The position numbers were made by a program, and so were the translations under genes. From Candidatus Pyrohabitans jungbluthii (GTDB lineage Archaea > Hydrothermarchaeota > Hydrothermarchaeia > Hydrothermarchaeales > BMS3B): a stretch of DNA of 64,000 bases. The notes beneath the pieces are model-generated. The model was not told where the DNA came from. It did no database searches and was given only the letters and a program-made list of their open reading frames with translations. The stretch covers positions 448,001 through 512,000 of the forward strand of contig MTMD02000002.1 in NCBI GenBank assembly GCA_002010065.2, in the 5' to 3' direction. Shown here one piece after another: positions 48,292 through 58,761 of this stretch (positions are counted from its first letter, which is position 1; every line of letters starts with the position of its first letter).

Positions 48292-49272
48292 GTGGAAGAG
48301 AGGAGAATAGCAAAGATGTGGCTTCAAATTAGGATGTACCTCCTGCTTGCGGTGATGTTCGCAATTGTATACGCGGTGATAGTTGTAGCAGCGAGTAGCC
48401 TTGGAATTCAGAGCTTTGCAGTTTACGGTGGCATCGCCGCGGTGATGCTTCTCATCCAGTACATGATTTCACCAAAAATAGTTGAGATGAGCATGGGTGT
48501 GCGCTACGTAAGTGAGGCTGAAGCGCCGAAGCTGCACAGCATCGTCGCCGAGCTTGCGAGGCGCGCGGGCATACCCAAGCCGAAGGTGGGAATCTCCCGC
48601 CTGCCCATACCCAACGCCTTCGCCTTCGGGCGCTGGAAAAGCGATGGCAGAGTGTGCGTTACTGAGCAGCTTCTGCACCTTCTAAGCGAGGAGGAGCTGC
48701 GCGCGGTGCTCGGGCACGAGATTTCCCACCTGAAGAACAGGGATGTTACGGTGATTACTGCGCTAAGCGTCGTGCCCATGGTGCTCTGGTACCTCGCCTG
48801 GAGCTTCATGTGGGGCGGTGGCAGGAACCGGGGCAACACCGTGGTTCTGGGCATCGCCGCCTTTGTGCTCTACTTCATAACCAACCTGCTGGTGCTCTAC
48901 GGCTCAAGGATTCGCGAGTACTACGCCGACGAGGGCAGCGTGAAGCTGGGCAACCCACCGCACGCCTTAGCGAGTGCGCTGTACAAGCTGGTCTACGGCA
49001 GCGCCCGTGTGGATAGGGAAACCCTGAGGCAGATGCAGGGATACAAAGCCTTCTTTGCCAACGACCCCGCGAGAGCGTACCACGAGATTCGCGAGCTGAG
49101 GCAAGTGGATGTGGACATGAACGGGAGCATCGATGCAAATGAGCTTCTTGCGCTGAGCAGCAAGCAGGTGCGCCTGAACTCTGCAGACAGGCTGATGGAG
49201 ATGTTCAGCACCCACCCGAATATGGTGGCTCGCATAAAGCGTCTCAGCCAGCTCGCCGCTCGCAGGGCGTAG
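48292..49272 (+). CDS. htpX: Zinc metalloprotease HtpX
   Basis: PNAFAFG, HEISH, SRIREYYAD, FSTHP. Confidence 0.94.
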   Translation: MEERRIAKMWLQIRMYLLLAVMFAIVYAVIVVAASSLGIQSFAVYGGIAAVMLLIQYMISPKIVEMSMGVRYVSEAEAPKLHSIVAELARRAGIPKPKVGISRLPIPNAFAFGRWKSDGRVCVTEQLLHLLSEEELRAVLGHEISHLKNRDVTVITALSVVPMVLWYLAWSFMWGGGRNRGNTVVLGIAAFVLYFITNLLVLYGSRIREYYADEGSVKLGNPPHALASALYKLVYGSARVDRETLRQMQGYKAFFANDPARAYHEIRELRQVDVDMNGSIDANELLALSSKQVRLNSADRLMEMFSTHPNMVARIKRLSQLAARRA

Positions 49273-49274
49273 CC

Positions 49275-49973
49275 TCAAATTCTCCTCATAATCTCGGCGT
49301 ACCTCTCTATCAACCCGCTGCTTTCGTACTGCACCAGCCAGGCTAAGAAGCACAGCTCTATCGCCCTGCGCTGCGTTGTCTTCGCAATCTCATGAACCTT
49401 TGCTATAAAAGTGAGGTCCTCTTCCACTTTGGCTTCGCCAGCCTCGGCGAGTATGCGATTGATAACCCGCTTCACAATCTTGTCGGGCATAGTCGTGTCT
49501 ATTCCACCCATCATGCGCAGGTACTGGAAGGTGTTTATCCCCACGCCTTTAACCCTGCCTATGGCATCGTTGCGCCACTCTTCAAGCTTCGCCTGCCTCG
49601 CCCACCTTCTTAAAGCCTGGCGGTCGTCTATATGATGCTGTTTCTTAAGCTTTGCCAGGTGGGCTGCGATACCTTGCGCAGCTTTCCAGCTTCGCCTGTT
49701 TCCCCAAATCTCAAACAGCTTCTCAAGCTTAGCCGAAGCAAGGTCCTCCACGCTTACTATTTCGCCGGTGGAAACGAATCTGCGCCTGAACTCCTCAACC
49801 CGGGGCACCACCACAGTGAAGTAATTAACCCCGGTAGAGGTGATGGCAGCATCCACGAGCATGCAAACAACGCTCCCACCCCAGCGCTCCGTGGCAAGGC
49901 AGCGTGAAGCTAACTCGCTGAGGTAGGGCACTCTTGCGATGTGGTCATCTACAATCTCCTTTAGCGTGGGCAT
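49275..49973 (-). CDS. Hypothetical protein, HhH-GPD-superfamily-like
   Basis: IGRVKGVGINTFQYLRMMGG..MPD HhH-like motif. Confidence 0.55.
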   Translation of the reverse strand: MPTLKEIVDDHIARVPYLSELASRCLATERWGGSVVCMLVDAAITSTGVNYFTVVVPRVEEFRRRFVSTGEIVSVEDLASAKLEKLFEIWGNRRSWKAAQGIAAHLAKLKKQHHIDDRQALRRWARQAKLEEWRNDAIGRVKGVGINTFQYLRMMGGIDTTMPDKIVKRVINRILAEAGEAKVEEDLTFIAKVHEIAKTTQRRAIELCFLAWLVQYESSGLIERYAEIMRRI

Positions 49974-49985
49974 TGCACTCGACCT

Positions 49986-50924
49986 CTAAATCTTAACTCT
50001 AGCGCCGCAGTTGTGGCAGTAGTTAGCGAATCTACTGCGCTGTGCACCGCACTTCTCACAGGTTTCTACCAAGCGCTGCCCGCAGTTTATACAGTATGCA
50101 TCGCCGCTCTCAAAGGGGAAGCTGCAGTAGGGGCAGCGCCTCTGAGAGAGCCTCGTCTTAGCCTGGCGCTCAGGGCTGAGGTACTCCTTCTTCAGGTAGG
50201 CGAGGGCTACGCCAGTAGCCAGAGCGCCTATAGCGGAGACACCTATTACATGGAAGGAGCGCCAGGTGAACTCAATAAGCATGTAAAACAGAAGCAGAAT
50301 GGAGAATGCCATGAATGAGTTGGCGTGTATGGCATACCTGCTACGCCTCTGCCTCGCGCGCTGCGCTGCATATATGGAGGCGATAAATAGAGGTAGAGCA
50401 AAGCCAAGTCGGAGCACAAGCACCCTGAGTTCGTAGACACGCATTGCAGCTCTGTAATCCCTACTTGCCTCTTCCCTCCGCTGAAAAAGCTCCTTTTTCA
50501 GCGCCTCAAGGCTCTGCCTCGCTGCCTCAAGCTTCTCTTTGGCGACGTCGCGATTTCTGAGCGCTGTCTCATAGCTCTGCCTCGCCTGCTCGTACTCCTG
50601 TCTTAGCTTCTCGTCGAGAGAGCCTTCCTCCATGCGAGTGCGGTACTCTTCGCGTTTAAAGAGGTACTCCTCTTTTGCCCTGAGGTGCTCCTCCTGAGCG
50701 CGGCGATATGTCTCCTCTAAGCTTTGCACCTCAATGCTGAGTTCAGATAGGTTTCGCTCAAGCTCAGGTATCCCGTAGCGTGCCTCATAAGCCCCCATTA
50801 AAGGCTTTGCGGGGATCTCTCTCAGCTCCCCGAGCACGCGCACCCCGCCTATGAGCAGGAAGAGCACAAAGGCTGCGGCAAGAATCTTCTCAGCCCTCGT
50901 TACCTCAACTTCTTCCCCCTGCAA
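49986..50924 (-). CDS. Membrane protein with coiled coil and C-terminal double zinc ribbon
   Basis: TM, long heptad region, 3 TMs, CPYC..CINCG..CEKCG..CHNCG. Confidence 0.8.
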   Translation of the reverse strand: MQGEEVEVTRAEKILAAAFVLFLLIGGVRVLGELREIPAKPLMGAYEARYGIPELERNLSELSIEVQSLEETYRRAQEEHLRAKEEYLFKREEYRTRMEEGSLDEKLRQEYEQARQSYETALRNRDVAKEKLEAARQSLEALKKELFQRREEASRDYRAAMRVYELRVLVLRLGFALPLFIASIYAAQRARQRRSRYAIHANSFMAFSILLLFYMLIEFTWRSFHVIGVSAIGALATGVALAYLKKEYLSPERQAKTRLSQRRCPYCSFPFESGDAYCINCGQRLVETCEKCGAQRSRFANYCHNCGARVKI

Positions 50925-50993
50925 GGTATCTCCCTACTGTATTAGGGTGAGGTGCTTTATATATTTTCCATAAAAGAAGGAAAAATGGGTATG

Positions 50994-51284
50994 CTAACCC
51001 ATAAAATCGCAGCTCCTGCACTTGAAGACAGGAACATTCTTCTTACCCTGCTTCTCCCAGTGGTGTATCTCAATGCTGGAGGAGCCACAGCCAGGGCAGG
51101 TAACCAGGCGAGGGTTGAGCTTCACTAAGCGTTCAAGAACGCGCATATCCTCGAGAAGCTCCGTCTCCGCCTCGCGCTTAATCTCCAGAAACTTCTGGAA
51201 GCGGCGCATGTGCTTGGGGCACAGATTGAGCCTAAACTCGGTTATTAAGCCAGCAGCCTCATTGGAGCAGAAGGTGCACTTCAT
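50994..51284 (-). CDS. Small zinc-finger protein
   Basis: CTFC..CPKH and CPGC..CRSC. Confidence 0.7.
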   Translation of the reverse strand: MKCTFCSNEAAGLITEFRLNLCPKHMRRFQKFLEIKREAETELLEDMRVLERLVKLNPRLVTCPGCGSSSIEIHHWEKQGKKNVPVFKCRSCDFMG

Positions 51285-51369
51285 GTTTAAAATCGCCTAT
51301 CTTAACGTCTTGACAGATTCATAAAAGATTTAACAAAAGAGTTAAATTTCACGGGAGCTACTTAACCCC

Positions 51370-51657
51370 ATGGAGGTCGCTGAATTCCAGTCCCTCATAC
51401 GCAGGCTCTACCTCGAAAAGGATAGAAAGCGTGGTGAAGACGCGACGCTGCTCTGGCTGGTGGAGGAGGTGGGCGAGCTTCTCGAGGCACACCGCAGGCG
51501 GGACCGCGAGGGGATAGAGGAGGAGATCGCAGACGTCATTGCATGGGTGACCAGCTACGCCAACCTCGCGGGCATCGACGTGGAGGAAGCCCTGAGAAAG
51601 AAGTATCCCGGGAAGTGTCGCTACTGCAACTCTGTGCCGTGCGAATGTGAGAAGTAG
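51370..51657 (+). CDS. MazG-like nucleotide pyrophosphohydrolase
   Basis: WLVEEVGEL...EEEIADV, KKYPGKCRYC. Confidence 0.9.
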   Translation: MEVAEFQSLIRRLYLEKDRKRGEDATLLWLVEEVGELLEAHRRRDREGIEEEIADVIAWVTSYANLAGIDVEEALRKKYPGKCRYCNSVPCECEK

Positions 51658-51670
51658 GTTAAGGGTGAAG

Positions 51671-52501
51671 ATGACGATCTACGTAACCAAAGCTTCGGGG
51701 AAGAGGGAGAAGTTTGATCCCCGCAAGATAGAGCGCACCTTAAGACGCGCTGGGGCGAGCAGAGAGGTGAGGGAGAGAATCCTCACCGAGGTGGATGCTA
51801 AGCTCTACGACGGCATCTCTACGGGTGAGATTCTGAAGATAGTAAAAAGCCTGCTCAGAAAGGAGGAGCGCAAAGCGGGCATGCGCTACGATTTGAAGCA
51901 TGCGATAATGCGTCTCGGCCCAGCGGGTTTCGCCTTTGAGACATACTTCGCGGAGATATTGGAGCACTATGGCTATGCCACAGTGGTTGGGCGAAAACTG
52001 GCCGGGAAATGTGTCAAGCATGAGATTGACATAATTGCAGAGCCGAAAAGCGGGGAAAGGAGACGTGCGCTCATAGAGTGCAAGTATCACAACGCTCCGG
52101 GGATCTACACCAATCTCAAGGCTGCGCTCTACACCTACATGCGCTACATTGATTTAGCTGAGGTGAGCCACGCTTTTGACGAGGTATGGCTGGTTACCAA
52201 CACAAAGGTCTCAAATGACGCAAAAAGGTTCGCGAAGTGCAGAGGAATGAAGCTCATCACATGGCGCTCGCCTCGTGGTAAGAGCCTCTGTGAGCTCATA
52301 GAGAAAAAGAAGCTTTACCCGGTTACATCTCTGCCCTCTGTGGACTCGCATGTGCTTCAGAAGCTGGTGAAGGCGAAGCTAATACTCGCCAAAGACCTGC
52401 TTGCAGCGGATAGGGCATACACTAGACTCGTGACAGAACTGCCCAAAAAGAAGCTTGAGAAGATAAAGAAAGAGGCAGAAGAGCTTATTAACAGGCGATA
52501 A
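51671..52501 (+). CDS. ATP-cone domain + Mrr-like PD-(D/E)XK endonuclease
   Basis: VTKASGKREKFD..KI ATP cone; GFAFE, HEIDIIA, IECKYH, WLVTNT. Confidence 0.85.
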   Translation: MTIYVTKASGKREKFDPRKIERTLRRAGASREVRERILTEVDAKLYDGISTGEILKIVKSLLRKEERKAGMRYDLKHAIMRLGPAGFAFETYFAEILEHYGYATVVGRKLAGKCVKHEIDIIAEPKSGERRRALIECKYHNAPGIYTNLKAALYTYMRYIDLAEVSHAFDEVWLVTNTKVSNDAKRFAKCRGMKLITWRSPRGKSLCELIEKKKLYPVTSLPSVDSHVLQKLVKAKLILAKDLLAADRAYTRLVTELPKKKLEKIKKEAEELINRR

Positions 52502-52532
52502 AAATTTATATCCCCTCATTTAATTTACCTGC

Positions 52533-52976
52533 ATGCTCTACCACCCGTACATCCTCGCAGTAGGAATGATCCTCTTCCTCGCAGGTGTTGTAGAGGGCTA
52601 CAGAAAGGCTAAGTCTCTGCCAAGCAGCGAGAAGTCGAGGCATTCCGTGATGGTGTATACCGCCTACTCCTTATTTTTGCTGGCTCTGGGTATCTACTAC
52701 GGGTATGAGAAAAATCTCGCCCTGGAGATCGCTGGCGGGAGAGAAGCATTCCGCGCAACAGGCCTCCTTGTGCCCCACATTATCTCAATAACCGCCTCAA
52801 CCATCCTCCTCACTCTGACGCTTGTGTATGGAATTGTTATGAGAGGGAGGATTTTCACGGAGAGGATAGGAAGGAACGAGATAGTCCACATGGTGCTGGG
52901 TAGCCTCGGCATCGCCTTCTACGTGCTCGCGGTTGTGACAGGCGCAGCGATGTACATGAAGGCGGGCGTGCTGTAG
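52533..52976 (+). CDS. Four-TM membrane protein
   Basis: Hydrophobic helices, with His residues at the starts of several. Confidence 0.7.
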   Translation: MLYHPYILAVGMILFLAGVVEGYRKAKSLPSSEKSRHSVMVYTAYSLFLLALGIYYGYEKNLALEIAGGREAFRATGLLVPHIISITASTILLTLTLVYGIVMRGRIFTERIGRNEIVHMVLGSLGIAFYVLAVVTGAAMYMKAGVL

Positions 52977-53522
52977 ATGCGTCTGTACTTCTACACCACC
53001 AATCGCTTTAAGTTCCGCATAGCTGAGAGGCTGCTGAGGCGCTACGGCATAGCTCTTGAGAGGGTTACGCCTGAGTTCAGGGAGGTGCAGGCAGAGAGCA
53101 GCGAAGCTGTGGTGGAGGACGCGCTGAAGCGAGCCAAGCTATTGCCTGCGATTGCTGAAGACTCGGGCTTAATTATTCCAGCGCTGCGCGGCTTCCCGGG
53201 CACAATCACGGGCTATGTGCAGCGCACCCTCAGCGCTGAGCATCTGCTCAGACTCCTTGAAGGCGAGGCGAGAAGAGAGGCGTGCTTCCGCTCCGTGGTG
53301 GGACTCCGCGAGGTGAGCGGGGAGATAAGGCTCTTCAAGGGTGAGGTGTGCGGGAGGATTGCAGAAAAGCAAAGGGGAAGCTCCGAGTACTGGTACGATA
53401 CCATTTTCATACCAGAAGGCGAAACGCGTACCTTTGCGGAGATGAGTTTTGAGGAAGTGCTGGCAATATCCGACTGGAAAAAGAGCTTTACGGCGCTGGG
53501 GGAATACCTCAGTAAGCAATGA
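52977..53522 (+). CDS. Divergent Ham1/RdgB-family pyrophosphatase
   Basis: TTNRFK, EVQ, EDSGL.IPALRGFPG, YDTIFIP, TFAEM; SHR replaced by SDW. Confidence 0.85.
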   Translation: MRLYFYTTNRFKFRIAERLLRRYGIALERVTPEFREVQAESSEAVVEDALKRAKLLPAIAEDSGLIIPALRGFPGTITGYVQRTLSAEHLLRLLEGEARREACFRSVVGLREVSGEIRLFKGEVCGRIAEKQRGSSEYWYDTIFIPEGETRTFAEMSFEEVLAISDWKKSFTALGEYLSKQ

Positions 53523-53524
53523 AG

Positions 53525-53660
53525 CGCCGGGGAGGGGATTTGAACCCCTGTGTTCCGCGAGGAACACGAGCTTTCCGTCGCGGGGTTTCCCATCTCGCCT
53601 TATGGCGAGGGAAACGAAGACTCCAGGCTCGCGCCGTAGTCCGGGCTTGGCTACCCCGGC
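53525..53660 (-). tRNA. tRNA-Ser(GGA) with 48-nt intron (53573-53620)
   Basis: GCCGGGG acceptor, CGAGC/GCTCG anticodon stem, long variable arm TGTTCC-TCGC-GGAACA, TTCAAAT T-loop, G discriminator; follows the S10 gene. Confidence 0.9.
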
Positions 53661-53710
53661 ACGTTGAACTCACGGGTAAGAATAACCTTGGAGAAGTATT
53701 TTGAAACACA

Positions 53711-53737
53711 TCACTTTTCCAGCGCTCTCGGAAAAGC
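53711..53737. repeat. 27-bp palindromic repeat, copy 2
   Basis: tcacttttccagcgctctcggaaaagc; 25/27 identical to 15673-15699. Confidence 0.8.
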
Positions 53738-53883
53738 CCAAAATATGCACTACCTCAAGCTAATTTGTGGTGATGGATATGATAGTGGTGTATAATGAGA
53801 ACACTGTTGTGTTCGAAGAAGAAAATTAAAACTCTCCTTTAATTTTTTAAGAAAAGAGGGGGCAAAAAAGCAGAAAATTAAAA

Positions 53884-54192
53884 CTATGTACGCAGCTCTA
53901 TCTCTATGTTGACGCCGTCCGGCACGCGCACGCGCATTATCTGTCGCATTGTGCGCTCGTCCGCCTCGATGTCAATGAGGCGCTTGTGGATGCGCATCTC
54001 CCACTTTTCCCAGGTCGCTGTGCCGTCGCCGGATGGAGACTTGCGCACTGGGACGCGGAGTCTTCGCGTTGGCAGCGGTATCGGCCCAGACATCTCTACC
54101 CCTGTCTTCAGGGCAATCTCCTTCACCTGCGCACAGACCTCCTCAAGCTTCTTGTGGTCTGTGCCACTGAGCTTTATCCTTGCACGCTGCAT
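53884..54192 (-). CDS. rpsJ: 30S ribosomal protein S10
   Basis: [31 protein letters not shown]. Confidence 0.98.
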   Translation of the reverse strand: MQRARIKLSGTDHKKLEEVCAQVKEIALKTGVEMSGPIPLPTRRLRVPVRKSPSGDGTATWEKWEMRIHKRLIDIEADERTMRQIMRVRVPDGVNIEIELRT

Positions 54193-54230
54193 AACTGCGT
54201 CACCCTATAAAATTTTAGGGGGGAGAAGGT

Positions 54231-55514
54231 TTACTTCGCCTTCTCTATATCCACCACCATGCCGGCGGCGACTGTCATACCCATATCGCGGATCGCGAAC
54301 CTACCAAGCTGGGGTATCTCCTTGACCTTCTCCACCACAAGAGGCTTGGTGGGCTGCACGCGTATTACGCCTGCCTCACCAGTCTTGAGGAACTGCGGAT
54401 TCTTCTCAAGCACGTTACCTGTACGCGGGTCGAGCTTGCTTATGAGCTCAACTATCCTGCAAGCCACCTGCGCGGTGTGGGCGTGGAACACCGGCGTGTA
54501 GCCCACGGTAATGGCACTGGGATGCTGGAGCACAATTATCTGCGCTGTGAAGCTCTTTGCAACTGTGGGCGGATTGTCGACGTGTCCGCACACGTCGCCG
54601 CGCTTTATATCGTTCTTGCCAACACCGCGCACGTTGAAGCCGATGTTATCTCCGGGCTCTGCCTTCTCTATCGCCTCATGGTGCATCTCTATGCTTTTAA
54701 CCTCACCGCTTACACCTGGAGGCTCGAATATTACCTTGTCACCAGGTTTAAGCACACCTGTCTCTACCCTGCCTACGGGCACAGTACCTATACCGGTAAT
54801 AGAGTAGACGTCCTGCACTGGAATGCGAAGCGGCAGGTCGATGGGCTTCTCAGGCACCTTCAAGCTATTGAGCGCATCCACCAGGGTGGGACCATCCCAC
54901 CAGGGCATCTTGTCGCTCTTCTTTACTATGTTCTCACCCTGAAGCGCAGAGATGGGCACGTAGGTTATCTGCTCGGGCTTATAGCCGACGATCTTGAAGA
55001 GTTTGTCCAGCTGCGCCTTGGTCTCCTCGAACTTCTTCTGGTCCCAGTTCACCGCGTCCATCTTGTTTATGGCCACGATGAACTGCTGTATACCCAGCGT
55101 TCGCGCAAGGAACACGTGCTCCTTGGTCTGGGGCATCAGGCCGCCCTTCTCATCCTTCTGGGCCACGTCTACCACGAGCACCGCTGCATCTGCCTGAGAG
55201 GCACCGGTAATCATGTTCTTTATGAAGTCGCGGTGACCGGGTGCGTCTATGATGGTGAAGTAGTACTTGTCGGTCTCCATCTTCTGGTGAGAGATATCAA
55301 TGGTCAAGCCGCGCTCGCGCTCTTCTTTAAGCCTATCCATAACCCACGCGAACTCGAAGGTAGCCTTGCCTATCTTCTGCGCCTCTTCGCGGTACTGCCT
55401 TATGATGTGCTCTCCTATGGCGCCCATCTCGAAGAGCAGCCTTCCTACTGTCGTAGACTTACCGTGGTCTACGTGTCCAATAAACACCAGATTCAGATGC
55501 GGTTTCTCTGCCAT
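54231..55514 (-). CDS. tuf: Elongation factor 1-alpha
   Basis: [30 protein letters not shown]. Confidence 0.99.
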   Translation of the reverse strand: MAEKPHLNLVFIGHVDHGKSTTVGRLLFEMGAIGEHIIRQYREEAQKIGKATFEFAWVMDRLKEERERGLTIDISHQKMETDKYYFTIIDAPGHRDFIKNMITGASQADAAVLVVDVAQKDEKGGLMPQTKEHVFLARTLGIQQFIVAINKMDAVNWDQKKFEETKAQLDKLFKIVGYKPEQITYVPISALQGENIVKKSDKMPWWDGPTLVDALNSLKVPEKPIDLPLRIPVQDVYSITGIGTVPVGRVETGVLKPGDKVIFEPPGVSGEVKSIEMHHEAIEKAEPGDNIGFNVRGVGKNDIKRGDVCGHVDNPPTVAKSFTAQIIVLQHPSAITVGYTPVFHAHTAQVACRIVELISKLDPRTGNVLEKNPQFLKTGEAGVIRVQPTKPLVVEKVKEIPQLGRFAIRDMGMTVAAGMVVDIEKAK

Positions 55515-55552
55515 GTTTTTACCTCCTTTTTTCCTTGTGTTATCTCATTACC

Positions 55553-57712
55553 CTAATTTAAACCTTTTCGTTCGCGTATCTTCTTCACAACTTCCTCCTG
55601 AAGCTCAGCTGGCAGGCGCTCGAAGCCAGCAAACTCTGTGCTCCACAGCGCTCTTCCCTCGGTAGCGCTGCGTATATCGCCAGCGAAGCCGAACATCTCG
55701 CTCACAGGGCACTTAGCCTCGACCACTATGAGGTCACCCTCCTGACGCATGTCAAGGATCTGACCCCTGCGGCGCTGAATCTCATGTGTCACTGCACCCA
55801 TGTAATCCTGGGGTACGTGGATGAACACCTTCATCTTTGGCTCGAGCAGCACAGCCTTTGCCTGGAGCATAGCTTCGCGTATCGCGTCGCGCACCGCTGG
55901 AATAACCTGCGCAGGGCCGCGGTGAACCGCATCTTCATGAAGCTTAGCATCGACAAGCTTAACCTTCACGCCCAGCACCTGCTCCTTTGCAAGCGGTCCC
56001 TCATTCATTGCCTCATGGAAGCCCTCCTGAATTAAGGGCATTGTCTCATGGAGGTACTGGATACCCTTGGTAACGTCTGTGAATATGTTGTTCTCGTACA
56101 CCTCCACTATACCACGAGCCTCGTCCTTCTTCATTCCCACGTTCTCAAAAGCCTTGCCCAGCTCCTTGCCCTTGTAACGCGAAGGCTTAATCTCGCCCTC
56201 CAGCAGGGCGCGCATCACAGGCTCCTCAATGGGCTCAACCACAAAGTAGAAGCGGTTGTGCTTGTTTGGCGATTTGCCCTCAATCACAGGTGAGGTGTCG
56301 AGCACGCTCTCGCGGTACACAACTATGGGCGGGGAAACCTCGATGTCGACGCCGCGCTCCTTTATGCGGTATGTGACTACCTCAAGGTGGAGCTCCCCCA
56401 TACCGGAGAGGAGATGCTCACCCGTCTCCTCATTTATCTCAACGCGCAGCGTCGGATCCTCGCGCGCCATTATGTTGAGCACGTCAATGAGCTTGGGCAG
56501 GTCCTTGGTGTTCTTTGCCTCCACTGCGACGGTAACCACCGGCTCAGAGTAGTGCCGAAGCTCCTCAAACGGCTCTATCGGGTTATCTGCAGAGGTCACT
56601 GTCTCGCCAGCCTGGACATTCTTCAAACCAGTGATCATGACGATATTGCCAGCCACCACATGCTCAGTGGGCATGCGCTCAGGACCAAAGTAAACACCCA
56701 CCTGCTGGGTGCGCGTCTTTGTCTTGGCGTTGCAAAGGTAAACCTCCTGGCTTCGCTTCAGCGTACCCGAGAAAATTCTCCCTGTGGCAACCTCTCCCGC
56801 CTGAGGGTCTATCCTCAGGTCGGTGATCATAATAGCGAGCTTGCCATTGGGGTCACAGTTCAGCATGGCTTTGCCGTCCTCACTCTCCACATCTCCCGGC
56901 CATATCTGGGGTATCCTGTACTTCTGCGCAACTGTCGGCGAGGGCAGGTGCTTGACCACCATGTCCAGGATAACCATGTGCGCAGGTGCGCGCTTTGCAA
57001 GCTCCCTCTGCTCACCCTTGAGGTTGTAATCTATGACATCCTTGAAGGTTATCCCCGTCTCTTTCATCAGCGGGAAGTTTATGGCCCAGTTGTGGTAGGC
57101 TGAGCCGAAGGCTACGCTTCCATCTTCCACCTTAACCTGCCACTTATCGCGAAACTCTGGCGGTGCCATGCTTTTAACAATCTTATTGAAATCAGAGATT
57201 ATCTCAATGAATCGGCGCTGCATCTCCTCAGGCGTGAGGCGCAGCTCATTAATCAGGCGATCAACCTTGTTTATGAAGAGCACAGGCTTAACGCGCTCCT
57301 TCAAAGCCTGGCGAAGCACCGTCTCAGTCTGGGGCATCGTGCCCTCGACGGCGCACACCACAACAATAACCCCATCCACGGCACGCATCGCTCTGGTCAC
57401 GTTACCGCCGAAGTCCACGTGCCCAGGGGTGTCTATCATATTTATAAGGTAGCTATCGCCCTTGTACTCGTGCACCATACTCACGTTCGCAGCGTCTATG
57501 GTTATACCACGCTGCTGCTCAAGCACGTCGCTGTCCAGCACCAGCTGCTTGCCCGCGAGGTCGAAGCTCATCATACCAGCGCCGGCGAGAAGATTGTCGC
57601 TGAGTGTGGTCTTGCCGTGGTCTATGTGGGCGACTATACCCATGTTGCGTATATACTCGGGCTTATGCATGAGCTCCTGAATCTTCTTGACCATCTCTTC
57701 GCGTCTTCCCAT
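55553..57712 (-). CDS. fusA: Elongation factor 2
   Basis: [29 protein letters not shown] diphthamide loop. Confidence 0.99.
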   Translation of the reverse strand: MGRREEMVKKIQELMHKPEYIRNMGIVAHIDHGKTTLSDNLLAGAGMMSFDLAGKQLVLDSDVLEQQRGITIDAANVSMVHEYKGDSYLINMIDTPGHVDFGGNVTRAMRAVDGVIVVVCAVEGTMPQTETVLRQALKERVKPVLFINKVDRLINELRLTPEEMQRRFIEIISDFNKIVKSMAPPEFRDKWQVKVEDGSVAFGSAYHNWAINFPLMKETGITFKDVIDYNLKGEQRELAKRAPAHMVILDMVVKHLPSPTVAQKYRIPQIWPGDVESEDGKAMLNCDPNGKLAIMITDLRIDPQAGEVATGRIFSGTLKRSQEVYLCNAKTKTRTQQVGVYFGPERMPTEHVVAGNIVMITGLKNVQAGETVTSADNPIEPFEELRHYSEPVVTVAVEAKNTKDLPKLIDVLNIMAREDPTLRVEINEETGEHLLSGMGELHLEVVTYRIKERGVDIEVSPPIVVYRESVLDTSPVIEGKSPNKHNRFYFVVEPIEEPVMRALLEGEIKPSRYKGKELGKAFENVGMKKDEARGIVEVYENNIFTDVTKGIQYLHETMPLIQEGFHEAMNEGPLAKEQVLGVKVKLVDAKLHEDAVHRGPAQVIPAVRDAIREAMLQAKAVLLEPKMKVFIHVPQDYMGAVTHEIQRRRGQILDMRQEGDLIVVEAKCPVSEMFGFAGDIRSATEGRALWSTEFAGFERLPAELQEEVVKKIRERKGLN

Positions 57713-57716
57713 GGTT

Positions 57717-58316
57717 CTACCTCGCAGCCTTTGCTATGCGCTCTATTTCTTCCTTCTTCGAAATCGCGTAGCACTTCATGTCGTAGTTCGCAGCGGCGAT
57801 TATCTCGTCAGCAAGAGCCTCGGCAATGCTCTTCTTCGACTTGAACGCCTGTCTTGCGGCGCCTATTGCAATAAAGCGGAGCGCCATGTCGAGACGGCGT
57901 TGCGGAGCTACATCAACGCTCTGATGGTAAGCTATACCACCATACTTTAGCCTCGTGGTCTCCTCTCTGGGACCGGCGTTTATCAGCGCATCCACGAGCA
58001 CCTGTATTGGGTTCTTCTTGGTGCGCTTCTCCACTATCTGCAGAGCTTCCTTAACTATCTTCGAGGCCAGTATCTTTTTGCCGGTGTTTCTGCCTGAGGT
58101 GCGCTTGTGCTTCTTGCCCTCGTGACCGGTGACCATCATCTTATTTATAAGGCGCTCCACTATGGGCACCTCTGCCTTACCGAACTGGCGAAAATGCCTG
58201 CCCATAGTGTGGGGCACCAGCACCGGGCGGAGGTTTATGTACGCCTTTAAGCTCGGGTCGCGCACCTCAACCTCGGTAGGGTCCCATAATCCGAAGATTT
58301 TAAACATGAGCATCAC
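57717..58316 (-). CDS. rpsG: 30S ribosomal protein S7
   Basis: [37 protein letters not shown]. Confidence 0.98.
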   Translation of the reverse strand: MMLMFKIFGLWDPTEVEVRDPSLKAYINLRPVLVPHTMGRHFRQFGKAEVPIVERLINKMMVTGHEGKKHKRTSGRNTGKKILASKIVKEALQIVEKRTKKNPIQVLVDALINAGPREETTRLKYGGIAYHQSVDVAPQRRLDMALRFIAIGAARQAFKSKKSIAEALADEIIAAANYDMKCYAISKKEEIERIAKAAR

Positions 58317-58750
58317 CTTATTGGCTTCTCCTTGCGTCCACGCACAAGTTCGCGCAGTGATACGCCGTTTACGGCGATAACCTTGAAGCGCACGCCGGGG
58401 ATGTCACCCATACTTCCTCCCTGCCTGCCTCCTATACCCTCGATGAGCACCTCATCGTGCTCGTCTATGTAGTTGATCGCTCCATCGCCAGGGGCAAAGG
58501 CGGTGACCTGCCTCCCGCTCTTAATGAGCTGCACCTTAACGCACTTTCGTATCGCAGAATTCGGCTGCTTAGCCTCTATACCAACTTTCTCCAGCACTAT
58601 GCCTCTCGCCATCGGCGCCGCGCCAAGGGGGTTTGACTTCTCCTTAAGCTTGAGTACTCTACGCTTGTAGCTGGGATCGCTCCACCTGAACTGCTTCCTT
58701 CTCTGCCTCAGCTTGCGTGCAGTAAACTCGCCGGTCGGCTTCTTAGCCAT
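58313..58750 (-). CDS. rpsL: 30S ribosomal protein S12
   Basis: [22 protein letters not shown]. Confidence 0.98.
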   Translation of the reverse strand: MAKKPTGEFTARKLRQRRKQFRWSDPSYKRRVLKLKEKSNPLGAAPMARGIVLEKVGIEAKQPNSAIRKCVKVQLIKSGRQVTAFAPGDGAINYIDEHDEVLIEGIGGRQGGSMGDIPGVRFKVIAVNGVSLRELVRGRKEKPIR

Positions 58751-58761
58751 GCATTTTCACC

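Noticed and set aside
53773-53829. Possible micro-ORF MDMIVVYNENTVVFEEEN with a GTGGTG RBS-like sequence
   Set aside because: Too short to support, and antisense to the S10-tRNA transcript
54477-55556. 359-aa ORF antisense to EF-1A, and similar long antisense ORFs over carB, acs, rpoA and DUF2589
   Set aside because: Codon-bias shadows with no recognisable motifs
55900-55950. EF-2 diphthamide loop checked for divergence
   Set aside because: Canonical HRGPAQ motif
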